A stretch of 64,000 bases of DNA, from assembly GCF_018350175.1 (NCBI RefSeq), contig NC_058369.1, forward strand, positions 9,178,001 to 9,242,000, in the 5' to 3' direction. The DNA comes from Felis catus. Taxonomy: Eukaryota. A program made the translations under genes and the position numbers. Below the pieces are notes generated by a model, which made no database searches, was not told the origin of the DNA, and saw nothing but the letters and a program-made list of their open reading frames with translations. Shown here piece by piece: positions 32,001-46,473 of the stretch. Position 1 is the first letter of the stretch. Each line of letters starts with the position of its first letter.

Positions 32001-35000
32001 TTTTGGGGGGGGGGTGGGGAACGAGGGAGGAGAAATTTACCAGGGGAGATTCTTGTTTGTTTCGAGGGTTGGCTGGGTTTGGGGGCGTTTGGCCTCCAGC
32101 AAGCACGGGGAAGAAATGTGACTAAGTGGCAGAAAATGTGCTTTCCTCTCCTCTCCTCTGCCTTCAGGCCGCGGGAGTTGCGCAGTCTCCAAGAACCTTT
32201 AAAAAAATTTCCTCCAGATCCCCTCTGAGCCACACTGCCTTCTCTCTCCTGGCTGACTTCTTGAATTGGGGGTGCTAAGCCCCCTTCCCCCCACCGTTGC
32301 CAGCCATTTTGCAGCACTACCTGGGCAGGCCCTGGGGGGAAAAGGATGGAAAAGTGGGGAAAGAACGTGTGCGCCGAGTGGGCCCGACTTAACCTGTTGG
32401 AGGAGGCTGGTGTCCGGATAAAGCCACCCAGCCGCTCCGAGCAGCACCCTGGCATTCAGAGAAATTGCCCCGGGGGCCTCCCAGCCGGCCCGCGGAAACC
32501 AGTCATTAACCCGACTTCTTATCGCCCAAATTACTTAAATGCGCTTTGGTGGTGTTAGGTCCTTTAACTTTTCCATGTGCAGATGACTCAGCCTACTCCA
32601 GCTGCGCCTGGGGAGGTGACCCGGGCAGCGGCTGACCCTGCACCCTGAACCCAGAGGCGGCCCATCCCAGCAGCACCCTAGGGCCCCAGGCTCCCAGACC
32701 ACACTTGGCTCTCCCCCCCGCCCCCCTCCACTTTACATTTCAGGTCATTTTCTCTCTCCCTTTTTTTTTTTTTAAATATATTTTTTTAATTTAAAGGAGT
32801 TTTATTACTTTTTTTTTTTTTTTTTTTAAGCGTGAGACAGAGGCTGATGGAAACGGGCTGTTAAAAAAAGAAAGAAAGATACATGCCGGTGGCACTCTGT
32901 GGAGCTGGCGAGCCTCGCCTGCCTCACGACTGAGCTTTTTGGTCGCCAGTTCCCTTGTAGAACCGGGCATGGGGGCACCTGGGATCTCCGCTGCTGAAAA
33001 GGCGCTATAGAAATGCAAGGAATTATTATGATTTTAATAAAATTGTGTCTCATTTAGGAGCGCGCTTCTGCGCTGCCTCTGTCGTCGGAGCCCGGGTTTG
33101 CCGCGGCAAAGTCTGTAATCAGAGAAAAATACCAGCTTTGTTGAGGGTTAGAATGTATCATTGGCTAATGTGTGTGGTTTTTTTTTTTTAAATAATGCTA
33201 AGCATGGGAATAATTAAAGAGTGAGAAATAACTCGTCTCTTCTCTCCCCTCGTCATTGTCTTATTTAAGGGTGAAAAGCGTGCTTTTAGGCAGAGCTGGT
33301 TAGTTTTAATGCGGGCTTTTTTTTTTTTTTTTTTTCTCGCCTGCCTTTCCCTCCGCTCCGGTCTGATTCGCAAATCCCCAAACTGGCACCAGCCGGGAAA
33401 CTTGCGGCAGGCCGTTCTTCTCTCCCGGAGTTGGGAGCCTCGCTTTCCTTTTTTCCCCTCTTTCAGAGACAACCCTCTCCTCTTCCCTCCCCCGCCTCTG
33501 GGCCCTGACCCACTGCCTGGTTTGCGCTAGAGCGATTTAAAAAAGAAAGAAAGGAAGAAAGGAGCCGGGCTCTGGTACCCCTGTGCCAGCCGAGGGCGCG
33601 TTTCCCAGGCGGCGGGCTGGTGGGAAAGTCAAACCGGGTGGGGGGTGTGGGGTCTCAGAGGCAGAGTCTTGATGCCTACCCTGCGCTCCAGCACCACCAG
33701 CGCCCCCCCCCCCCCGCAAAAGAATCGAGTATTTCTAAAGATCGCAGGATTAGAGAGCTCAGATCCCTTGTCATATTTTAAATTAAGCTGAACAGTTCTT
33801 TCTTCTCGGCCCCATATGCAATAGGAAGTGAAAATTCGGTCCTTGAGCCTGCCTTGGCAGCCCGGAGGAGCCGTGGTAGGGGAGCGAGCTGCCCACTGGG
33901 GCTGGGCCTGGCGTCCAGCCTCACGACAGTGCTACCGCCCACGGGGCCTAGGTTTGAGGCAGGGGGACAGGGTACAGGGCCAGTGGCGGGCACGGCCTGG
34001 GGAGATGTGGGAATAGAGGGAAGGGCTCTTCACTAGGGCTGCAGAGGTCTGCTTCAGGCTGGTGGGGTGCTAAGTGGCTGCCCTTGGTCTTCCCCTTCGT
34101 CGTGGGGTGGATGGGCTCAAAAGGAAGAGGGGTTTCTGTAGTGCTTGGGGAAGTCACAGCTCCCTGTGAGAAAGGAAAGGGAAAAGTGGGCAAGAAAAGG
34201 GGGTAGAGACTTGTGCCCACAGGCACCACAGGCAGTGCCTTCGCGTTGCAAAGGAGTTCTTTATTTGCTTCAGGTGTTTTTCATTAAATGTGTTTCTCTT
34301 GATTTTCCTTGTTATTTGGTGCTTAGACTTTTCAGCGATCCCTTGCATTTGTCTTTTTACATAAGCAAAAACCCCCCCACCCCTTGGAGAGATATTGTGG
34401 GAGGTACTTTGCCTTCAGTGCTTTCTCTTTCCTGCTTTTTTTAAAATTTAATTTTAAAATTATAAAGTAAATTTAGTGCGAGTGAAAGTGAGGGGGGGAG
34501 CCAGCTGGGGCTGGAGCCAGGGAAGGGGGAGGCAGATGTAGGAGGTTTGGGCCTCCCTTCCCGAGGCAGCTCTGCCCCAGGACCCCCTCACTCCTCTCCC
34601 TGCTAGACTCTTGGGGACAGGAATGAGGGCAGCCTGCCCGGATAGGTGCTCATTTACCCCTCAGGAATCTCTGACTCCACGGAGCTACCCCCCCCCCTTA
34701 CCCACACACACCCGAGCCTCCCCCCCCCAATCTCTGCCCGCCTGCGGGCAGGGTGAACGGAGGGTCTCTTACTCCCCCCTTGGTCACCGTGGCTGTTTGG
34801 TTTTCAGCTCGGTGGGCCCTGTTTGTCCACCATACACATGCCCTGCTGGTCTGCTAACCCCGCTGCACAGTTGGTTGCCCTGTTGATGGGATCAGAGCTG
34901 GGCAGGCACAGAGAGAGAAGGAGGGACAGAGAGGCGAAACCCCTTTGGAGCAGTGAGGATTCGAGGGGCTTCTTTTCACCACCCATTTTTTTGTGGTCCT

Positions 35001-38000
35001 AGGAGGAGTACGGACCGCTCTGTTAACACACGTGTGTGCAGAGGTGCTCGCATTTGACACTGCTGGTGGGGCAGGAGCTCCTTCTAAGGCACATAAACTA
35101 TGAGAACTTCATAGCTTAAACGCTAAAGGCCTGTTCAGCCGTGCCGAATATGTTCGATCTCTTAATCCGGGTGGTGTTACACAGGTGAGTTCACTTTGTG
35201 AACGTGTATCGCACTCCAGCCTTACAAGCGTGCGACCTGCTGCTCTTCCCACACACTTCAATTAAAAAGTTCAGTTTTAAGAAAGCAAGGAAGACCCAGC
35301 CTCAAAAGAAAAGGCATCACCTCACAAAATAATAATAATAATAATTATTATTATTATTGTTGTTGTAATAAATGATGATTTAAATAAGAACGTCCTCCAG
35401 CCTGCTTTGCTCAGGTCTCCCGCTAAGGAACGGTGGGAGGGCTTGTAAAAATTAGTGGGCTGATAAAAAAGCTCACAGGCGTGTGGCCCACGAGGCTTCC
35501 AGACCCATCCACGTGTGTGCCGAGTGCCAGGAAACTGCCTGCAGACCCAGGTTTAGCCGGAGGATTTTCACATCTCAGGACCAAAGGATGAAAAGTGGTT
35601 AAGGAAGAAGTTACTTGCCAATGACATTTTGCTGTCAACATCTGGAAAGCGAAATTGCAGCTGTTCTCCCTGCCCCCCGATTACCACCTCTCCGTTTTTC
35701 TGTACACTTAAATTTTTGTACGCGTGCCATCCATATTTCGGTTTTCTGCTCTGCTAAAACATCCTCACGGCTCTGTTCAGATCGAGTTGTTTTTGGGCTT
35801 GGGCTTTAAATACATACACATGTATCTTCTAGTCTGACAGTATAATTTTTTGAGCAGTTTATTTGAGCAGGCTGGCAATCAATTGATAATCCCTTCCCTT
35901 TTCTTTCCCCTTCTCGGCCTTCTCGGGACTGTTGAGGCCAGAAGCTTCCAGGGACGACTTTCTGGGCTGCCTTCGCCTCTGCTCCTCTGGGCAGGTACTA
36001 CCGGCTTCACCCTCCACGGCCCTTCTGCGGTGTTTTTGTTTTCCCTTCGCCCCCCAAAAATATTTGAACCAAAAAGCCTCTTTTTTTTTTCCTCCACCCA
36101 CAGCAAACTGAAAGGGCTAGTGAACCGTGATTCAACAGAGCGAGGGCGCCTCTTTTCTTCCTTAGCATTAATTAACTCAAGTTCGTTAGGACGTTGGGTC
36201 TGTCGCCCACAGTTTTCTCTTGTGTGTGCTGAATCGGGTCATAGAGGGAGACTTCCCGTGCAAACAGTTTGTGTTGGAGCTGGAGGACACAGAGGGGGAG
36301 AGAGGGGGAGAAAGAAAGGGAGTCGGAGAGGGATGGATTGTGGCCGAGGGGTGGTCAGGTCCTGAGCTCCCGGCACCCCCCACCCCCACCCCGCCCCGTG
36401 CCAGCCCCTGCAAGGGCTAGACCCCAGGGGGAATGAGGATTCTCGAGTTTTCTTGGCAATGATCCTGATAATAAAATAGTTGGCCGGGGGGGGGGGGGGG
36501 GGGGAGAGCAATACATTTTGAGGGATTGAAAAAATGTCTTCCTTCCAACTCCTAAAATTGTACATTTTGGGGAAGCCGCTTGCCCAGACAGGGCCGGCCC
36601 AGCTACCCTGAGCCCTCAAGCAGTGCAAAATCCCAGGCCGTTCCTATCCTGGCCACCCTGCTCTCTGCCCCCGGCTCTGGGCACTGCCTGTTGCCCCAGC
36701 AACTGCAAGAAATAGGCTCTCTCTGTGGGCCAAGGGTGTGAGGAGTGCAGACCGGCCGAGGGCACCGGGGGTTTGGAGAAGCTCTCCTCTTGCCCTTGGC
36801 CCCTCTGTCCTGTGGCAGGGAGAGCAGACCAGGTAAAGCAAAGGGGTGTCACAAGGGACGCCGACGGAGCTCTCGAAGAGGGCCTGGGGAGGCTGCAGGA
36901 GGGGTCTTGGAGGTGCGGGGATGACTGGTTTGGGGAGGGAGGGGGACATCCCCTCGGGAGGATCCGCTCCGCAAGCCTTTTCCGGGATCGGGAGTTACAG
37001 TTGGCCTCCGGCGAATTTTCAACATTTTGCCTTTTGCTCCGGCCTTCTCTCTTGGCCTCTGGGTATTTTTACAGTGGCCCCGCAGGGACCTCATCTCGAC
37101 GTGCGGGTTTCTCCTCTTCCCCTTGCCTTTCGGCAGTTTTTCAGTTCTCAGAGAAAGTTATGAAGCTGGCTTGTGGGGGTTCTTCCTTCCTGGGTGGGGG
37201 GGGGCGCGCCTTGGCCACATGGGGTGACACTTTCCAGTGGTACTCAGTGGGGGAGACTCAGGCTCTGCACCGCTCTTGCCCCTGGAGGAGGCCGGTGCCT
37301 GTCTGTCATCTGCCCTGTGTGCTCGGGGCGGAGGTCTGGGTTCTTCTGGCCTCCCTGGCTTTGACTTCTATTCAGTGACACAAGGAAGTTTGAAGCTAAA
37401 TAGTGAATTAAGGCCTAGAGTTTTTGTTTTTCTATTCTCTGCAGAGGATGGAAGTGAATCTACAGAGGCACTAGAGAGAATAGACGGTCTCCCCAATACC
37501 TCTCTTCCTACCCTATTTCATTTGGTGCCAGGGGGGTGAGGGGAGATGTGCCTGGAACAGGGTAGCGTTGGGAGCCAGACCGAAGCTGCCTGTTGGCCCG
37601 GTCCCAGGCCACCGTTCCCGGTTTGTAGACAGGAGGAGAAAAAGAGGGGAAAGGGAGGCGGTTTTATAGGAGAGGAACGCGTGGCCTGGTTCTGATGCAG
37701 GCCCTGTCCTAGACCCAGCATGGGGGTGTGGGGCGATTCCATTCAGCAAGCGTGAGGAGGCTAGAAAAACCGTGTGGGCCTGCCTTTCCTGAGCAGAGGA
37801 AAACAGGCCCAAGTCAGCCAAAAACCCGCTTTGTCCAAATTCTCTGAGCCTCCTCGCAATGTGCATTTTCTGGTTTCCATGCTTGGCATTTCCAGATTCT
37901 TGGATGATTTTACTCTGGCTGCAGAGCCCCTTCCCGCCTTCCCCCACCCCCCCCTGGAGAGGGGAGGCCCCACCTACCTCCAGGATAAGCAGCCTGGCCC

Positions 38001-38381
38001 CTTCCCTCTGCTTCCTACAGTTTTGTTTTTTGTGGTTTTTTTTTTTTTTTTTTCCATCTCTGCCCCAGAGTCCGGACACTGCCTTCTCCTGCACCTTCTT
38101 GTGTCCCTCCTTCTGTGGGGCAGGCTGGGAGATGTTGGGGATCCGAAGTTGGCCTCTTTGGCTTTGGCCCAAGGATGAATGAGAAAATCCCAGGAATTGG
38201 GCAGATTAATCAGGGCTCTGTTCGTGGCTTTTTAAAATTTCCTGCTTCCTTCTTCACCCAGGCTGCAGAAAATGTAGTAGTAAAATGGATACTGAAATAT
38301 CTGGTTATTCCTATGTAGCCCTTGGGTTTTGTCATTTATTTGCGCTCACTGTGTATAGTTATCGAAATTAGCATGGAGTGA

Positions 38382-38452
<71 letters not shown>
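38382..38452. repeat. (GT)n-TATATATA-(CA)n microsatellite containing a perfect palindrome
   Basis: 25-nt GT arm + TATATATA + CA arm; perfect inverted repeat at 38382-38439. Confidence 0.9.
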
Positions 38453-38455
<3 letters not shown>

Positions 38456-41400
38456 AGCATGTGTCCAGGGTCTGAGAGAATAAATTTGGGTCTTCAAGCA
38501 AGCAGGATGTGGACAAATAGGATTATTTTTAACGATAAAGAAACGTTCAAACAGCAGCCCTGCCCTGAAAGATATAACTTCTTACCCTTCTCAGTGTTTC
38601 ATTACTGGCAGGTATAGGCCGCTTTTGAAACCTGTCTCGGGCTAGGAAAATTATTTTGTTTCCTTGAAGACTTTTGAAGACTGAGTGAAGTTCTATATGA
38701 ATTTTCCCATTTTCCCTTAAATAATACACAAGGCTCCATTTATTTGGTGGCGTTCTGGAAAAGCACACACTCTACTTTGTTACGATGGAAGTGGTCATTT
38801 TCCTTAGCTGGATTTTCTTTTTTGCCCCTGACCCAGAGCCCTTGTCTTTTGTCCTTGCTCCTGTTTTTTCTTTTCTTTTTTTTTTTTTTCTTTCTTCTTT
38901 TTTTCTTTTCGGCCCTGTCCTCTCTCCGTCCATCTTTGTCTTTCTTTCTCTCTTTGCAGTTTTGGGCCCAGCTTGGCTTTCTCTCTCCAGGTTTGGCTTT
39001 CTTCTCTCTCTCTCTCTCTCTCTCTTTCTCCCTCTTTCTTTTCCTCTTTTTCTGTGGTCTAATCAGTCTTTTTCTTTTGGAGGCACATTTTTCCTAGTGA
39101 TGGCTGAAACTGGCTTGGGTATTTCAGAAATGTTCCAGTGAAAACTGTTGCTTTAAAAAAATCAAATTCTGTATACTTGACCAGAATAAGAGAGGCCCTC
39201 CTCTTGCAAAGGCAGAAAAATTCCTTATGTTGCTTTTTAAAAGTCTTATCTCTGGCTTCTCAATTTTTCTTTTACGTGAAGAAAATACCTTTCCCCCCAA
39301 ATTGCCTGCTTTTCCTTTATTCATTCCTCCCTCTTGTCTTTAGTTTTCTTTTTTTGCTCACTCCTCTTCCCAGCACCGCTGGCTTCCTCTCCCCCTCCCT
39401 GTTTTTTTCTGTCATTCTCTTCCCCCCTCCCCTCTGTGGCTCAGAGGCCTGCCCGTCCCCTTGCTCCCTCCATCCCCTTAACCCTTGTACTTGTGGGTGA
39501 CTCAGCCCTGAGAAGCCTTGAATTGTCTGAGGGGTTTTTGTCTTGGCTCTTGTCCGTGTGCAGGGTGCACGGTCTCTGAAGCTCTCAGCCCCGGCGGGAG
39601 GGGAGAAGGGAAGGAGGCTGAGTCTAGGACAGGTAATCTTCCAACAGAGCCTCCACTCTCGTAACAAAAGGGGGACAGTCCCCTTTTGTCTGGGGCTCCT
39701 GAGGGGCGTGGCCAGGGCCTGGAGCCACCACCAGTGGCAGGCAGGAGGAGGAGGCTGCAGGGGTAGGGGCACACCAAGTGTTTCTAATGGAACCCGAGTG
39801 ATTCTTCTCTGTGTGTGCCCACAGGAGAGAGAGAGAGAGAGGGGGGGGGGGACCTTCTCCCCTCCCTCTCCAAGAGTTAGGAATACCCTGGCCCCCGGCC
39901 GCTCTTCCAGTAAACTCTCCCTCACACCGCAGACAGCAGGGCCCCGTGGGAACAGGGTGAGGGGAGAGCACACCCTGGGGATCCACTCTGCCCACCTTCA
40001 AGGTTACAGCAACTGGCAGGAGAAGGACAATTGGCGATTGTTCTCCTTCCGTGTTACTCCCCTGGGAAGGGCCTGTTGCTTCTCCTGTTAAGGGATCATT
40101 GAGGGGGCGCAGCGGGCCCTGTGTGGATCCCTGAGGCTCTACTGAGACGCTCCACTGGCCCTCCTGGGCCTCTTCTGTGTCCAGTCTCTCTGCCACGCCA
40201 TCGACCTTTGACCCCTCCATCCATCCAGGAGTGAATCATGGATCTTGTCCTATTTCCTTAACTTCCACGTGGATCCTTCCACCTGCCATCTCCCCATCAC
40301 CCACCCAGCTGTACCAGCGGATTCGGCTTCGGAATCAAGCCGTGTTCGGCACATCTCTTCCACTCAGCCCTGTGGTCTGTGAGACGGAATATGCCAGAAT
40401 TCTCCAGGAGGCTCATGTTGGTCATATTCTGTGCGGTGTCCGATATGCAGCATAAATCAAAATACCCGGAAAAGACCCGCATGCCAAATGTAAATTCACT
40501 TGTAATTCTTACCATCCCCATCCTGACTTTAGAACGATTGCTTCTCTCCAGGTGGAAAGGCAGCGTTTGGTGTCTTATGTCACTCAGTTAACATCTTTGG
40601 CTGATCGGACTGAAGCTGGTTATTAACATGATGTTAATTATTGAACCCTACGCTAAGAGGCCTGTCCGCAACGACACCTGCGTCCTGCTTGTTCACCTCT
40701 GTTTCTCTTGGGGTCAGCTGTGGGCTCACTTCAGGACCTGGACTGGGGGTCCCAGGTGCTGGCCAGCACCTTTCTCATTGTCAGGGTTCAGCGCCAGCCC
40801 GGGGCGGCATGTTTTGCTTTCGCACACCCCAGGCGCTCTTCCGGGAACCTTTCTGCCAGCATAAAGGCCATTGAGCACAGGGTTTCAGATGGGGAAGAAA
40901 GGGGCACGAGTGAGCAGTGACCTTTTTTCTGCTGCCAGCTGAGGGCTGAGCCTCGCCTGGGGAGAGGGGAGCTGTAGGGACAGCTCTGAGCGGGATCAGT
41001 CTCTCCATGTCTGTTTGTGAACTCGTCTGCTCGGCCTCTCGTAACTGCTTCCTCCTTACAGCTTCTCCAAGGCCTACGGCAGGCCGCTGCTCAGTAGCCC
41101 CTCGTAGAGACAGCCCTGTGGAGATGGCTCTCCCGGCCTCCCTCTCTCGTGCCCACCTTCCTGCCTGGTCCTGCCTGGCTTGGAAGGGCGGGGGCGGGAG
41201 GGGCGGGGAGGGCTCTTCTCTGCGATTTGGTTTCCCCAAAGTGGCCCTGCCTTTCCTGCCAGAGCCCTTTCCTCTCTGTTTCCTTTCTTAGCTTTTCCCC
41301 TCTCGCATCGGTTTCTTTCTGTACGCTCCTGCACCTTGCTCCGTAGGGTTCGGGCCCCTTAGCCTGAACTGAACTGGGGGCTAGGGGAGTGCCGTCCCTG

Positions 41401-42199
41401 CTCCAGCCAAAGAAAGCCCAAACACGGATCAAGTGGACGGACGGGGCAGGGCTAGAGGCGGCAAAGAATGAAGCTCCTGGGGGTTGGGGGGAGGCATCAT
41501 CGTAAGACTCTGTGACTGTTCGGAAGCAGTGTCCATCTTCCTGCCTTTGTCACTTCTCCCTGGGATTGGCTGTTGTGTTTGTGGCTGCATGTAGTGCTTG
41601 TCAGCGGAGTGCTGTGACAGGAGGCTATTTTAATAAACTGTTGCAGTTTCCCCGAGCCGAGCTGCATTGCGTTGGCATCCCTCGTCACCGCTAATGGAGC
41701 GTGCGTGGCTGGGTGTGGGCTGAGGGAGGCGGTCGAGCTCGCTGGGGGCCTGGGGGTGGGGGTGCACCTCGTCTGGGAGTGCTCCTGCCGGCGGCAGCCG
41801 GGCCCCGGGGAGGAAGGGGTGGCCGCACCCTGGGCGCCAGGTCCCTGCCCTGGAAGTGCGGCTGGCATGGACACTCCGAGCTCTCTTTCTTCTTCTCTTT
41901 CTATTCATAGCACCGCAGGCTCGCGGGTCTGGCCAGGGAGGAAAACTTCCACTCGCCCCTGTGCGCTCCATAAATAAAAAAAGAAATAGAACCAGAAAGA
42001 GAGTGTGAGGGCCTGAGAGAAAGAGACTGAAACCAAAACACAGAGAAGGCGCAGCTGCTCTCCCCAAGGCCTTCTGGGGCGCCCGCCCGAGCCAGGCCTT
42101 TATTTATTTCTTTTTCTGGCTTAAAAAAAGAAAAAAAAATCCGTGTCTTCCTCAATCCTAGTCCCCCCAGCCCTACCCCCCCCCCACTCCGAATTTGCT

Positions 42200-42424
42200 G
42201 GCTGGCTGCTGCCAAATGGACCCGAGTGGGAGCCTGGAATGAAAAATTCATAACTGCTGGACTTTGCTTGTTCATTAGACGTGAACTTGTCGATTGGGCA
42301 AATTGTTTTTGGTCTCCAACTGCCGGGGGCTCTCCCCACCCTCCCGGCTCGCCTGGTTCCCTCCTCCCCTTGGACACAGCCATTGGCTGCTCGAGGATGT
42401 CTCACTGCCAAATAGGTGGATCCT

Positions 42425-42466
<42 letters not shown>

Positions 42467-43464
42467 TTCCCCCCCTTTTTACTGGCTTTGGCACAGGCAA
42501 ATGGATGGGGATTGAGCATGAAAGGGAGAGAGAGAGGGAGTTTGAGAGAGAAAAGCAAAAAAAAAATATATATATATATATATATCCAAAATCCAACCAG
42601 CACACACACGCACGCACACACACACACACACACACACCACACTCGCACACACTTACACACACAGCACCATCCCATCCACGTCCTCCCTCGCTCTCTCCCT
42701 CTTTCTCTTCTTTCCTCCCTCCCTCCCTTACTCCCTCTCTCTCTTTTGCACGCGTCTGCCAGCGACGGTCTGCAGCCGGTCCGAACTCGTCCTCTTCCCC
42801 GGGAATCTGCGAGCTCCCCCTTTGCCTGTGATCAGGCTCAGAGGCGGAGGGAGGCGGCAGAAGTTTACATCCCTGTGCCGCTGCCAAAGCCGAAAGCCTT
42901 TTTCTTCAGCTGCCGCCTTCCCCCTCCTGGTTTTTGTTTTTGTTTTGTTTTGCACGGGGTGGGGGGGGGTGGAGTGGGGTGGGGGGTGGGGTAGGGTGTG
43001 CTGTGTGTTGGGGGTGGTGATTGGGAGGTAGGTTTTGATTTTGAAATTTTGCATATTTTCCTTCTCTCTCTTTTTTCTTAAACTGAAAGAGGATGCACAG
43101 GAGGCGAAATTGAACATTTTTTTTTGTTGGCTTTTGTTTACCTGGCGTGTGTGGCAACCGGCTCGCTCCCTCTCTCTGCTTGCTATCCCTGACCTTTCTT
43201 TCTTTTTGCTCCTTTTCAAAAAAAATATTAATTTCCCCCTTCTGTGCAATGGAGCGTGGAGGGGGGAGGAGGGGGAAGGGTTTGAGAATCCACCCAAGCC
43301 CGGCCCCTATTCCCCAGAACACCAATAATAACCCCCTTTAAAACATTTACCTTCCTCCCCTGCTCCTCCCCCTCCCCCCTCCCCCCACCCGCCCCCAACT
43401 CACAACTCTGTTGAGTCCAGAAGCTCAGAATCGGGCGTTGGGCTTTGCCGGGTGCTTCAGATCA
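42200..43464 (+). promoter_or_regulatory. NFIX: NFIX downstream alternative promoter / 5' leader region
   Basis: Inverted CCAAT boxes (ATTGG at 42293 and 42382), CT/GA/TA/CA microsatellites and CpG patches, just upstream of alternative first-exon donors. Confidence 0.6.
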
Positions 43465-43467
43465 ATG
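43465..43467 (+). CDS. NFIX: NFIX alternative first exon contributing only the initiator ATG (MDEFHPF... isoform)
   Basis: tcagatca-ATG|GTAATT donor at 43468, phase 0 to exon 2. MDEFHPF N-termini are known for NFI-family isoforms. Confidence 0.7.
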
Positions 43468-44072
43468 GTAATTATTTAATTTTTTCCAGTTTTATTTTTG
43501 TAAACAGAAATCAATTATTATTTAAACTTCAAACAAGCAAACAAGCAAAAAAAAAAAAAACCAAAAAAAAAAAAAAACCAAAAAGCGAGAGCCCAGCCCT
43601 CTGTCACCTGAGTGGGAAAGAGGGTGAAGGGGTCAGTGGGGAAGGGGCTGCAGGACGCCCCACGAGGCTTTTAACCCTAATGTGGCCGAGGCAACCACCT
43701 TATTTGTGCTAACAAGAAGTGTTTTGTTCCTTATTACCGTGATTAACATTAGTATCGGTGTCGGTAACAAAGCTGAAATCACATATTTAGGATTTAGATC
43801 TGATTAAAAAAAAAAAATGCTGGGGTGGATGTTCCAATTGGAGCAGGAGGAAAGGGAATGAAAACAGCGTGGGGAGGGGACAGCCAAATCCGGTTCCTCG
43901 CTGGCTCCTGGATGTCATGTTCTCTCTTTTTGGGGGCGGCCAAAAATCGACCGGTGTCGGGACACGAGGCGGCCCCCGCGCGCCTCGTCTGTGCGTCCAC
44001 GGGAGTCCGTGCAGACCCGGACGCCGCGCCACTCCGGGGCGAGCTGACGGGAGTTTGCGGCTGCGATAGACC

Positions 44073-44123
44073 ATGGAGATGTCATGGGCGCGACAGAGCC
44101 TGGCGGGGATACCAGCAGCGTGT
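44073..44123 (+). CDS. NFIX: NFIX alternative first coding exon ([17 protein letters not shown])
   Basis: ACC-ATG-G Kozak; 17 codons matching a human NFIX isoform N-terminus as I recall it. Donor TGT|GTGTGT at 44124, phase 0. Confidence 0.8.
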
Positions 44124-44168
44124 GTGTGTGGACGGCAACGTTGTCTGTGCGCGCGTGTGTGTGAGTGA

Positions 44169-44209
<41 letters not shown>

Positions 44210-44400
44210 GGTGTGTGCTCAGGCTCTGGGTGCCTCTGTCTGGCTGCTTGAGGCTGACATGGGAGCGAGCGGCTGGCTCGGCTGGCGGTGGCTCCAGACC
44301 ACACTTTCGTAGAACAATCACGAGAGAAAATTGTCGTGGGAGGGGGGGGGAGGAGGAGGAGGCGGCGGCGGCGATTTTTTTTCTTGTGCCCCCCTTCTAA

Positions 44401-45366
<966 letters not shown>

Positions 45367-46248
45367 TGAGAGCTGGTGACGAACACTACTGCACACAGAC
45401 GAAAATCACTCGTGGCTCAGATTTTAAAATGAGTCAGAAGAGGCACCGGGAGCCAGGTGCTGGCTTGCCTGCGGCTTCCCCGCAAGTCCTGGGGAAAAGC
45501 GAGATTTGGCACAAGCCGGGTGGGCAGCGGTTCGGTGGAGAGAGGGGCGTGTAAAAGCCCGGGTTATGAGCCAGAATGAATAGAAAAGAGGAGAGAAGGC
45601 AGAGGTGGGCAGATTCTGGGGCCCAGATGCCCAGTCCGGAGCCGGAGCCGGAGCCGGAGCCGTTTGGGCTGGGATGGTTGGGATTTGACTGTGGGAGAGT
45701 AGGAAAGTCATTTGACTTCACTGAGAGTGAAAAGGCGCGTGAGATTCCTTTCCGCTCTCCCCTCCGAGGTGTGCCGGCTGCAGTGGGGAGACCCCAGGAT
45801 GGATGCCCACGGCCTCCCCACCCCTCTGCTGGGAAGCGGAGAGGCAGTCCCCAGCACAGGCATGTCGGGGAGTGGCGTAGTTGCAGCAGTGGTCTGAAAG
45901 GAACAAACAATCCGAAAACTCTGTAAATTTCCCTTTTCCTTTTGTGTTCCAAGCAGTTCCACTTCTCCGCTTTGCTTTTCCAGTTTTGCCCAGCATTTTG
46001 GGTCGGGGTGGTTCAGTTCTCTTCCTCCGTTCCTTCCCCCCACCCTTTCCCTTTTTATAATTTCTTTCCGCTTTTGTTTTCTTACAAATTGAAACAGAGA
46101 TGGCTGGTTAATTTTTAGCCTCCACTCAGCTACGCCCAATTTACTGCCGCCTTTGAAACCTAAACGGGCGGCACTCTGTGATTAAGCAAGGCAGAAGTGT
46201 GTTTACATTATGCCCAACCAACTTGTAATGAGAGGGCTACCAAACCTT

Positions 46249-46252
<4 letters not shown>

Positions 46253-46307
<55 letters not shown>

Positions 46308-46418
46308 CCTTTCCACTATTCCGGTATTTTTTCTCCCTTGTTTCCCTTCTTTCTGTCTTTATGCAAATGTAACAGAATGTGGCTTAACTTCAACTCTAGT
46401 GAGTGTTCTTTCCCGCAA

Positions 46419-46471
<53 letters not shown>
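46253..46471 (+). repeat. Two long (TG)n microsatellites (46253-46302, 46419-46471)
   Basis: Seen directly in the sequence. Confidence 0.92.

Positions 46472-46473
<2 letters not shown>

Noticed and set aside
31055..32455. 466-aa - strand ORF
   Set aside because: Overlaps a CpG island where stop codons are scarce; low-complexity composition and no family resemblance.
42198..42505. Apparent full NFI palindromes in the downstream promoter (CTGGC-tgct-GCCAA; TTGGC-acag-GCAAA)
   Set aside because: The spacer is 4 bp rather than the required 5; half-sites only.
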